Positions 40,131 through 48,372 of a stretch of 64,000 bases of DNA are shown here, in pieces. Location: NCBI GenBank assembly GCA_035510735.1, contig DATKGN010000007.1:105-64104 (forward strand), read 5' to 3'. The position numbers and the translations under genes were made by a program. A model generated the notes under the pieces. The model saw only the letters and a program-made list of their open reading frames with translations. It was not told the DNA's origin and made no database searches. The DNA comes from Patescibacteria group bacterium (GTDB lineage: Bacteria; Patescibacteriota; Microgenomatia; UBA10105; UBA927). How positions within the stretch are numbered: position 1 is the first letter of the stretch; every line of letters starts with the position of its first letter.

Positions 40131-41342
40131 TTATACATTCGGCCGTCCTCCATATATTCCAGCCAAATATTTTTTTAAATAGTTACTATCGCTTCTGATA
40201 TCATCAACGTCATCGAGTCGCCAAATGTTCGTTTGACCCTTTTGATTTTTCTCAGTCAAAAAGACCTGGTACATATCCAGACGGTCGAGCATTTGGATAT
40301 TATGCGTCGACGCTATAAGTTGAGCGTTCTTTGGATTCCATTTTGGCGAAGCGAATAACTCAACAATTTTCGGCATCATCATGGGATGAAGCCCTTCTTC
40401 AATATCATCATAAACGACAACACCTCCATCTTTGAGTGCAGGAAGAACGTCTCTTAAGAGTAAATAGAGATTTTGTGTACCATGAGATTCGTTGTAAAGG
40501 GTCAACGGATAACGACTGTTCTTTCCTATTTCATGAATACCAAATGCAAAATAATCATCTATCATCTTGTCTGAACGATCTTTACGCTGTCGTTTTTCAA
40601 TCTTCATTTCCGACAATCCAAGATCAAATTCTGAAATTAGTCGATCGGCCAATAGTTTTTCCTCACTATGAGAATAAAAATACTTAACGGCCTCATCAAT
40701 GTCTTCCCAACGATTATTTAATGTCTTCCCCATCATCCCAACATTAGTCACAGATTTATCCCAATATTTAGCAATTGATAGACACTTAGGATTGTTTAAC
40801 GTGACCCCAATTGACACTACGGAAGCGTTTTTTCGGCTGAGCGCTTGAACGATGCTTTCGCTTTTCCCAAAGAGCTTCGTGTTTATAACGTAATTGTTAG
40901 AGTTTTTATTCCATTTTTTTCTAAAAATATATTTAATATATTTCCCTTCATTTTTTTCTTTCAGAGACTCCGCAACGACATGCTCTTCAGTAAAAATTAA
41001 AGAATAATAGTATATCGACGTACCATCTAAAAACTCAACCTCAATGTGGGTTGGTTTATTTACAAATTTTGGGGAAAATACAAAAGAGTCAAACGGTATT
41101 TTGCTATCTGGTTTCATTTGCGAGGAGGCGGGAATGAAAAAATTCAAGAATGATAATATCTTGAGAGTGTTAGTTTTCCCCGACGCATTCGGACCAAAAA
41201 TGAAATTAATTTTAGAAATACGATCATTAAAAATCGTTTTCACATAATCAGAAGTCGAAGGTGCGTTCCCATTAACATAAAACGATATATCTTGCTTCTC
41301 CCCAAGGGAATAAAAATTATTTATAACCAAACGACGAATCAT
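40131..41342 (-). CDS. ABC-type AAA ATPase (AAA_15/AAA_21 family), AbiLi/OLD-ATPase-like
   Basis: N-terminal 'IRRLVINNFYSL'; Walker A 'FGPNASGKTNTL'; signature-like 'ESHGTQNLYLLLRDVL'; Walker B 'GGVVVYDDIEEGLHP'; H-loop 'IASTHNIQML'; gene is markedly AT-richer than its neighbours. Confidence 0.75.
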   Translation of the reverse strand: MIRRLVINNFYSLGEKQDISFYVNGNAPSTSDYVKTIFNDRISKINFIFGPNASGKTNTLKILSFLNFFIPASSQMKPDSKIPFDSFVFSPKFVNKPTHIEVEFLDGTSIYYYSLIFTEEHVVAESLKEKNEGKYIKYIFRKKWNKNSNNYVINTKLFGKSESIVQALSRKNASVVSIGVTLNNPKCLSIAKYWDKSVTNVGMMGKTLNNRWEDIDEAVKYFYSHSEEKLLADRLISEFDLGLSEMKIEKRQRKDRSDKMIDDYFAFGIHEIGKNSRYPLTLYNESHGTQNLYLLLRDVLPALKDGGVVVYDDIEEGLHPMMMPKIVELFASPKWNPKNAQLIASTHNIQMLDRLDMYQVFLTEKNQKGQTNIWRLDDVDDIRSDSNYLKKYLAGIYGGRPNV

Positions 41343-41419
41343 ACCGTGAAGTATAATCGTTTATTACAAATTTGTCAATATTATACGAATTTTTGTATAA
41401 AATCGATAAATTTGAACAA

Positions 41420-43570
41420 TTATTCTCTCTTTAACACTTCAAAAAACGCTGACTGAGGGATTTCGACCCGGCCTATTAATTTCATCCGGGCTTTTCCTTT
41501 GGCCTGTTTCTTTAATAATTTATCCTTACGTGTCCTATCGCCGCCGTAGAGCTTCTGGATAACGTCTTTGCGGAATGCTTTCACATCGGCACGTGCTACA
41601 ATCTGGCCCCCAATGGCGCCCTGGATCGGAATCTGGAACTGCTGGCGCGGGATAACCTGGGCCAACCGCTCGACGATGGCTATGCTCCGATGGTGCGCCT
41701 GATCGCGGACGGCGAGAAATGAAAGTGCGTCGACTTTTTCTTTGTTTACCAAAATATCAATTTTTACCACATCGACCGCCTGAAATTCAAAAAATTCATA
41801 ATCCAGGGATGCATAACCCTCCGAAATACTCTTTAAACGGTCAAAAAAATCAATAATCATATCGGAGAGCGGGAGCAAATACGTCATCTCGACCATAATG
41901 CGCGAATCAAATTCATTAGGCTCGTCTTCGACCTCACCCGCTTTGTCTATTGTTGTATTGTTGTATTGTTGTATTGTTACTTCTCCATGTAAGTACTTCA
42001 TATCGATGTATTCGCCGCGCTTCTCCTGCGATAGCTGCATGATCGCGCCGACGTAGCGCTTGGGGGTAAAAATTTTCACATCCATGATGGGCTCTTTCAC
42101 GCCGTCGATGTAGGTTGGGTCGGGAAATTCGGTTGCGGATTGAATGGCGACCTCGACGCCTTGATCGGGCGCTGAGGTTGCTCGTCCAATTTCTCGGGCA
42201 GTTCGATCCCCGCTTTGCGGGGCCGCTTCGCCGGACGTCTCGAAATTGTCCAAGCGCCCCGCGCCCCGTACAAGTTCTGGGTGTTCATTTATAACAGACG
42301 ATACGGTCAATCCTAATTTAGAAAGCGATACGCCGCGCGCGAGCATGAGATGATATTCAACCGACGGCGCCGTCGCAATCATGTCAAGGTCAAACTCACG
42401 CGAAAGCCGTTCCTGCACAATTTCGGCGTGGAGTAAACCGAGGAATCCGCAGTGGAAACCATTGCCCAAGGCAAGGGATGAGATCGGCCGGAAGGTGAAA
42501 GCCGAGTCGCTTAACCGCAATTTTTCCATACACTCGCGTGCATGGGTAAATTCGTCGGCGTTTAATGGGAAGAGGCTCAAAAAAACCATGGGTTTGGGCT
42601 CCCTATATCCCGGTAGCGCCTCTTTTGCCTGCTTAGGCTGTATATGAGCATTCACGGTACTTCCGGCCGTTATGGTGTCACCTACCTTCGCTAAACGTAC
42701 ATCCTTAAGGCCTGTGGCAATGTACCCCACTTCACCAGTCGAAATCCCAGCAGATTTTACCATTTGGGGCATAAAAAAACCTGCCTCAATTGCCTGAATT
42801 TGAGCATTTGATGCGAAAAACTTAATACTCGTATGTGGATCGTACTGCATAGTACCATCAACTACCCGAACAAACACTACTACTCCTTTATGCGGGTCGT
42901 ACTGTGAGGAAAATATTAGTGCCCGCAGTGGTTTATCGGCATCACCGAACGGCGGCGGGATCCGATCAATAATTGCCTCAAGAACCGCTGGAACATTTTG
43001 CCCGGTCTTAGCGGAAATCTCTATCATCTCCTCATCTCTAAACCCTAATGCTCTAAGCTCTGCGCGCGTTTCGACAATGCGCGCGTGCGGCATATCAATT
43101 TTATTAATCAAGGGAATTACGGTGAGGTTGTGGAGGCGCGCCTGATGGAGGTTCGCGAGGGTCTGCGCCTGGACGCCCTGGGTAGCGTCTACCACGAGAA
43201 GCGCGCCTTCACACGCCGCAAGCGACCGGGAAACCTCATAACCGAAATCAACATGGCCGGGAGTGTCGATGAGATTTAATATAAACTCCTCCTTGCTGTC
43301 ATTCCGGGCTTGACCCGGAATCCACACCGCATTCTCATGGATCCCGGCTCGGGGGCCGGGATGACAAAAAAAATGCATCCTCACCGGCGCAAGCTTTATC
43401 GTAATCCCCCGCTCACGCTCAATGGGATTGCTGTCAAGAAGCTGCGCCTGCATATCGCGCATCGCAACCGTCCCGGTAAGCTCCAGAAGCCTATCGGCGA
43501 GGGTACTTTTCCCATGATCGATATGGGCTATGATCGCAAAATTTCTAATATGATCTTGTTTCATATGCAA
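41420..43570 (-). CDS. lepA: elongation factor 4 (LepA)
   Basis: G1 '[18 protein letters not shown]', '[10 protein letters not shown]', '[16 protein letters not shown]', 'LINKID'; LepA-specific C-terminus '[34 protein letters not shown]'; the track start is a TTG, the likely ATG is 3 nt in (MKQDHIRNF). Confidence 0.95.
   Translation of the reverse strand: [716 protein letters not shown]
41421..41490. repeat. lepA 3'-terminal segment (copy A) that is repeated at 39537 and 38163; putative attL core
   Basis: Reverse complement encodes the lepA C-terminus '...[17 protein letters not shown]'. Confidence 0.65.
41948..41979. repeat. in-frame octamer tandem repeat (tattgttg)x4 inside lepA, encoding 'QQYNNTTI'
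   Basis: Seen directly; lies in a lineage-specific insertion relative to canonical LepA (between 'YHGxxV' and 'LDFFDRLKS'). Confidence 0.6.
43297..43367. mobile_element. ~70-nt palindromic element inserted in-frame in lepA (RPE-like), termini TGTCAT...ATGACA
   Basis: 'tgtcattccgggcttgacccggaatcc...ggatcccggctcgggggccgggatgaca': two internal hairpins plus terminal inverted repeats. It encodes '[23 protein letters not shown]' between ITIK and [12 protein letters not shown]. Removing it restores canonical LepA spacing. Confidence 0.6.
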
Positions 43571-43579
43571 AATTGTTTA

Positions 43580-43650
43580 CCCCGTAGACGTGCTCTTGCG
43601 AGGCGATCCGTCAGCTGACGGATCGCGAGCAAGTAAACGTTCTACTGGGG
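43580..43650. promoter_or_regulatory. ~70-bp imperfect palindrome with perfect 22-bp core 'cgatccgtcagctgacggatcg' in the lepA / HAD-gene divergent promoter region
   Basis: Seen directly; outer arms 'ccccgtagacg...cgttctactgggg' also pair; function (operator or hairpin element) unknown. Confidence 0.35.
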
Positions 43651-43767
43651 CGGATGTGATCCTGAGACATTGTGAACGGATTATAACAGGAATATAGTTC
43701 TTTGTTGCGTAAGCCCCGGATCAAATAGCTGTGCATAACGCCGTTTATTGCGTTATAATGCGCTCTT

Positions 43768-44445
43768 ATGAATTCACCGGAACAGAATAAATTGATTTGC
43801 TGGGATAAAGACCACACAATCGGAGAGATTGTCCGAGATTCATTCGTTCCATACCCAGATATTAGATCCGTGCTCACCGAGCTCTCCCTCATGGGATTTC
43901 AACACTATATGACCACGTCGGCCGGGGAAGGCCCCACATGGGAACAAATGCAGTCGTGTGGACTTGACGATATATTTGACGAGGTAGATATTTACGGCAA
44001 CGAATCGATCGAGACCGAACCGAAAATCTACCATACACCGTATTTCGTATTTTCCGAAGAGACCGGATCAAAAGAACCGCACAGAGACATGATCATTATC
44101 GGAGACTCGGTGAAAGACCAGGCGGGAGACCTCATCCATGTCGTATTTATCGGGCTGGATAAGGCCGAGACTCAACTGACAACGCTTCCACCGATTATAT
44201 CTCACCTACTTGCCATGGGCGATGGAGAAATCAGGAAAGGATTTGACAGGATCTATCTGGATGCGGACCTAACAGATACCTCACCCGAAAATCATCAGGT
44301 GAAACACATTTCATTGCCTAACAGTGTTGCATTTGATCTCGAGTATATAGACCTCTATTTCCAGGTTCCAACCGACTTGGAGTTCAGTTATCCCGTGATC
44401 AGAAATATAACAGCCGCCCCTCCTCCAAACGTTAATTCACTGTAA
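43768..44445 (+). CDS. HAD-superfamily hydrolase
   Basis: Motif I 'ICWDKDHTIG' (DxDxT) and motif IV 'IIIGDSVKDQ' (GDxxxD). Confidence 0.55.
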   Translation: MNSPEQNKLICWDKDHTIGEIVRDSFVPYPDIRSVLTELSLMGFQHYMTTSAGEGPTWEQMQSCGLDDIFDEVDIYGNESIETEPKIYHTPYFVFSEETGSKEPHRDMIIIGDSVKDQAGDLIHVVFIGLDKAETQLTTLPPIISHLLAMGDGEIRKGFDRIYLDADLTDTSPENHQVKHISLPNSVAFDLEYIDLYFQVPTDLEFSYPVIRNITAAPPPNVNSL

Positions 44446-44531
44446 TTGATGCGGGCAAGCGAAGTTCTTATTGTGATCCCGATGTATATGGGAGGATATT
44501 AACAGGAAAACAGCGCGGGGTCCTTGAAACA

Positions 44532-46184
44532 CTATTTATCTTTCAATAATCCCTGGGCTCTACTTAAGGCTGTATACGAATCCAACACACCCAAGGCGTC
44601 ATGGTTACTTTTGTTAAGTTGATGCCATCTGCTTTCTACGGCGTCAATAAGCTCTTTTACGGTATTCTGCATATGCTTTTCTCCCGTCATAAGGAACCCA
44701 TGTGTCGCCATAGCGTGTTCTTCGACGAATGCGCTAAATGCCGTTTCGCCAACACGTCTCATTTTATTGTCATCATATAACGCCTCCAATAACCATTGGG
44801 CGGATTTTTCCATGGAACTACGCTCCATAACCTCTTGCCAGATCTGCTTCGTTTCGGAAGATTGACGTCCAAACAACTTTTCCCGGATCATCTCCGTATA
44901 ATTGTCTGCCAAATCATATGTCTGCCCCTCAACCAATGCTTCCCCATGGATAAGGGTGCGAAGAGCCATCAACCGGACGGAGGGATGTTCATGATCTAAT
45001 CCGAAGTTGACGAGCTGCTCAAATAGCTCGTCTTCACCCTGTATATTTGGATTGAGCGTCCGGCCTAAATACATCAAGCCAAATGCTTCGGTCTCAGAAA
45101 TCTTGCTCCATGTATTTTCATCCTCAAGCTCCTGGATATAACTACGTAAGGGATCGATGAACGCGCGGTTTAGATAATAATCGTGACCAACATCGAAACC
45201 TGCCTCCTGTTTGATCGTATCTTCGATGTGATCCAACGGTTGATTAAGAAGGTAATGATAGCCCACAACGCCTGCGACAAGACCATTGAGAATTCCGATG
45301 GACTTCATATTTCTATAGTGATTCAGTTCACGGGCTACTTCCAAAAAGGGCTGTGCAAAGTAGGAGGGCGGGTTAAGCTGGAGGCTCGGCGGCACAAAAT
45401 CTGCATCTGTTGGTTTTTCCCCTCTAAACACGGACGACATAATGAGGACACCGTTATAAAAATCGAACCGGCTGCCTTTTCCCTCTAACTTTCTGCGCCA
45501 TACCTCAATAGCATTTACTGCATCCGCGCGATCCGGCCTTTGATGTCCGTCAGCGGCGAGCTTCACGAGCACATCTGCGGTTATAAACGCTTTCAAATCT
45601 CTCACGTTCACAACCCGGTTAAAAAGATTGACCGTTTCACCGGTTCCTTCCTTTTTGGCTTTCCTGTCTACCGCTGAAAGCACGTTCTGCCAGACCACAA
45701 TAGATTTCTCCGCAAGCTCATCGTGAGCACTACGGTCGTAGTCGGCATAATCGGTGTTTTGCGTAATTACCGAACTTATCTTAACCCTTGTATCATCCAT
45801 GTTAACCGGGCGGGAGTAGCCCTGCGCCACGGATAATTCCAGTGACGCAATAAGCGCATCTCCTACACGTTCTCCTATGTCACCGTGCAAATCATTGAGG
45901 GATGCATCGCGGACGACACGGGCGGCCCCCACGCCAAGTGAATGTTCCGTCTTGGCGGCAAACTCCCAAACTTTCATCCCAAACCGCTCATGGGAGGATT
46001 CGACAAACGGGATGACGCCCTGGTCAAGGACCTTATCAAGAGCACTTTTCCACGCATCCACTGATGACAATGTGTACTCCAATGATGGGAATAGAAACAT
46101 ACGATCCCCGGCGAGTTGCAGTGTATCTTTGAGAGGATTGCCGTGTCCTTTTTGAGGACTATTGTTCTCTTTTGCGAGCGTCAT
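44532..46184 (-). CDS. hypothetical protein (550 aa), probable paralog family A (HEAT-like)
   Basis: Similar size and architecture; HEAT-like 'HPSVRLMALRTLIHG'; family assignment tentative. Confidence 0.45.
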   Translation of the reverse strand: MTLAKENNSPQKGHGNPLKDTLQLAGDRMFLFPSLEYTLSSVDAWKSALDKVLDQGVIPFVESSHERFGMKVWEFAAKTEHSLGVGAARVVRDASLNDLHGDIGERVGDALIASLELSVAQGYSRPVNMDDTRVKISSVITQNTDYADYDRSAHDELAEKSIVVWQNVLSAVDRKAKKEGTGETVNLFNRVVNVRDLKAFITADVLVKLAADGHQRPDRADAVNAIEVWRRKLEGKGSRFDFYNGVLIMSSVFRGEKPTDADFVPPSLQLNPPSYFAQPFLEVARELNHYRNMKSIGILNGLVAGVVGYHYLLNQPLDHIEDTIKQEAGFDVGHDYYLNRAFIDPLRSYIQELEDENTWSKISETEAFGLMYLGRTLNPNIQGEDELFEQLVNFGLDHEHPSVRLMALRTLIHGEALVEGQTYDLADNYTEMIREKLFGRQSSETKQIWQEVMERSSMEKSAQWLLEALYDDNKMRRVGETAFSAFVEEHAMATHGFLMTGEKHMQNTVKELIDAVESRWHQLNKSNHDALGVLDSYTALSRAQGLLKDK

Positions 46185-46262
46185 ATATGTGTTCCGGGCA
46201 GATGGTCAAATGATGCGACGGAGTATAGCCAATTGCGCCGGCAAATGCAAGAAATGGTAGGA

Positions 46263-47078
46263 TTACCCTATCGTACGAGCTATCGGCGTAAATTGTTCGA
46301 TATCGAGAACGTGGATGTGGACGCCGGCTTTATCCTGTGTCAACAGACACTGTGTCGCGCCCACATCTGCTGTCGAATCAATGCCATGAGACCTGAATAC
46401 CGCCTCAAATTTATACGTTAAGCTGTCATCCATGTCACGCAATTTTTTCCACAAAGTATTATCCGTGCCGTGATAGAGTCCCGTCGCATCCGGTATCCAC
46501 TCATATACCAGCACCTTTTTTTGCGTTTGCCGGTCTATGACACCGACTAGCGGTTCACAGAGACTCATGGACGCGCATTCCAATACGTTGCGGGTGAATT
46601 CCTGCACCTCGTGTGAATCAATGACCGCCCGGACGCGCGGCGCCATGGCAAGTTCGTTATAAATACTGTTACGGGCTCTCGCAATGTGCCGGTGCCTATC
46701 CGTTATGTTTTTTAACATGAAGGCGAGTCGTATGGAATCACGGTTATCGCTACGGACCTTTGCGATAAATGTCGGCTCCGCCGCATCCACAAATAAATTA
46801 CCATGATCATCTATCCGCCGGTGGTACGGAATCCATGCCGTAAGGCCCTCTTCAACAAGCGGGAGAACAGCGGCAACCTTCATCTGATCCGCACTCAGAT
46901 TCATCGCGATATCATATCGCCCATTATGGATCGTTTCTATCGTACGGACGTGATGTCTACCCTCTTCTATCATGTGGAATATCCTACCATTTTTTGATAT
47001 AAAATGATATAGTTTATGATTCTCTTGTGTCCCCACCCAAATTGTCCTATAATTGCTTTCCAATGTTAGATAGCTCAC
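46263..47078 (-). CDS. hypothetical protein, weak resemblance to RIO/Kdo-type small kinases
   Basis: 'KKVLVYEWIPDATGL' (hinge-like), 'SHGIDSTADVG...' and 'VHIHVLDIEQF' loosely match HGD-x-x-x-N and IDF-x-Q motifs. The track N-terminus overlaps the rpoD promoter, so the real start is probably internal (about 46973). Confidence 0.35.
   Translation of the reverse strand: MSYLTLESNYRTIWVGTQENHKLYHFISKNGRIFHMIEEGRHHVRTIETIHNGRYDIAMNLSADQMKVAAVLPLVEEGLTAWIPYHRRIDDHGNLFVDAAEPTFIAKVRSDNRDSIRLAFMLKNITDRHRHIARARNSIYNELAMAPRVRAVIDSHEVQEFTRNVLECASMSLCEPLVGVIDRQTQKKVLVYEWIPDATGLYHGTDNTLWKKLRDMDDSLTYKFEAVFRSHGIDSTADVGATQCLLTQDKAGVHIHVLDIEQFTPIARTIG
47025..47053 (+). promoter_or_regulatory. promoter of rpoD paralog 1: TTGTGT - 17 nt - TATAAT
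   Basis: 'ttgtgtccccacccaaattgtcctataat'. The block 'tcgtcctataattgctttc' plus leader ending 'atatgaca' is near-identical upstream of both rpoD genes. Confidence 0.5.
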
Positions 47079-47082
47079 CTAT

Positions 47083-48291
47083 ATGACACAATCAACCGAA
47101 GTAGCTGGCGATAGCACAGAAGCGGAATCCCGCGGGCTCCACCCGATGCCTACGGACTCATCAGATGGACAGGAAGATCTCGGTGACGATTTGCCGGCTG
47201 ATAACCTGTTTAATGATGAAGAAGAATCCGAAGACCCATTGAAAAACGTACCGGAGCCGACAGAAGATGACCTGTCAGATATCGATGAGGATATTGAGCC
47301 GGTTGATAAAATATTACATGACATTCCCTTTGGCGACCGCCATGAAGAAGCCTCTGTAAAGATATATTTAGATGAACTTTTACGCACTCCCCTTTTAGAT
47401 GCAGAGGAAGAAGTAGCCTTGGCCATGCGTATTGAAGAAGGGAAAAAAGCAACAATTGATATGACGAAACCCAAAGAAGAGTTAGATGAAAAGAGAATAC
47501 GGGAAATCCCGCGCCTTATTGAGGATGGACGAACCGCCCACAAGCACCTTTTTACGGCTAATTTACCGCTCGTTGTCAGCGTTGCGAAGAAATTTGTGGG
47601 GCGCGGGGTTTCATTCCTCGACCTTATCCAGGAGGGCAATCTTGGTCTTATGAAAGGCGTCGATAAGTTCGATTATCATAAGGGGTTCAGATTTTCGACC
47701 TATGCGAGATGGTGGATACGTCAGGGTATAACCAGAGCAACCTTGAATCAGAATCGAAACGTAAGGATTGTGGAAGAAATGGGTAATGCGATTAACAAAA
47801 TGAATAGAGTAAATAAAGAACTAACGAACCGATTGCGCCGTCAACCCTCCATAGAAGAGTTGGCCAACGAATTACAAACCACGCCTAAAAACGTAATGGA
47901 TATGCAAAAGGCCGCACAACTGGAATATTCATTTAATATGCCGGTCGATGATGGCGGTGCTCATGAGTTTGGAGAATCTATTGAAGATGAGAACCAAAAA
48001 CCGGAAGCTGATGCTACACGCAATCTGTTCAGTGAGGATATGGCAAACATTCTACATGGATTACTTCCACTGGAATTACTAGTACTCCAACTACGCTTTG
48101 GCCTCTTGGATGGCATATCACGCAACATAGCTGAAGTTGGACGCGAATTGCATATCAGACAGGAAAGAGTGAAAAGCGTGGAATTTAAAGCACTCTATCG
48201 ATTAGCTCACGGCCGGTATAGAGATCTGCTATTGCAATACTATGGCAATGAGCATCCGACAAAAGATATCGATGACGAACCTGAGGAATAA
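47083..48291 (+). CDS. rpoD: RNA polymerase sigma-70 factor, primary-type paralog 1 (divergent region 4.2)
   Basis: Region 1.2 'IYLDELLRTPLLDAEEEVALAMRIEEG'; region 2 'DLIQEGNLGLMKGVDKFDYHKGFRFSTYARWWIRQGITRA'; region 3 present; region 4.2 degenerate ('IRQERVKSVEFKALYRL'). Confidence 0.9.
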   Translation: MTQSTEVAGDSTEAESRGLHPMPTDSSDGQEDLGDDLPADNLFNDEEESEDPLKNVPEPTEDDLSDIDEDIEPVDKILHDIPFGDRHEEASVKIYLDELLRTPLLDAEEEVALAMRIEEGKKATIDMTKPKEELDEKRIREIPRLIEDGRTAHKHLFTANLPLVVSVAKKFVGRGVSFLDLIQEGNLGLMKGVDKFDYHKGFRFSTYARWWIRQGITRATLNQNRNVRIVEEMGNAINKMNRVNKELTNRLRRQPSIEELANELQTTPKNVMDMQKAAQLEYSFNMPVDDGGAHEFGESIEDENQKPEADATRNLFSEDMANILHGLLPLELLVLQLRFGLLDGISRNIAEVGRELHIRQERVKSVEFKALYRLAHGRYRDLLLQYYGNEHPTKDIDDEPEE

Positions 48292-48314
48292 ACCTCCGTA
48301 TACGGTAAAATACC

Positions 48315-48343
48315 TTGTTTCTCCAGCCTAATCGTCCTATAAT
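48315..48343 (+). promoter_or_regulatory. promoter of rpoD paralog 2: TTGTTT - 17 nt - TATAAT
   Basis: 'ttgtttctccagcctaatcgtcctataat', same architecture as 47025..47053. Confidence 0.5.
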
Positions 48344-48372
48344 TGCTTTCTGATGTAAAACATCACACATAT

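Noticed and set aside
39537-41490. Interpreting the repeated 'ttaacacttcaaaaaacgc...' segments as tRNA or tmRNA 3' ends
   Set aside because: The reverse complement of the proximal copy encodes the exact LepA C-terminus (…[13 protein letters not shown]) and lacks any T-arm or acceptor-stem features, so it is a protein-gene terminus, not a tRNA fragment.
47079-47639. 186-aa minus-strand ORF antisense to rpoD paralog 1 (also 48981..49367 antisense to paralog 2)
   Set aside because: Fully embedded antisense in strongly supported sigma-factor genes; low-complexity Ser-rich translation.
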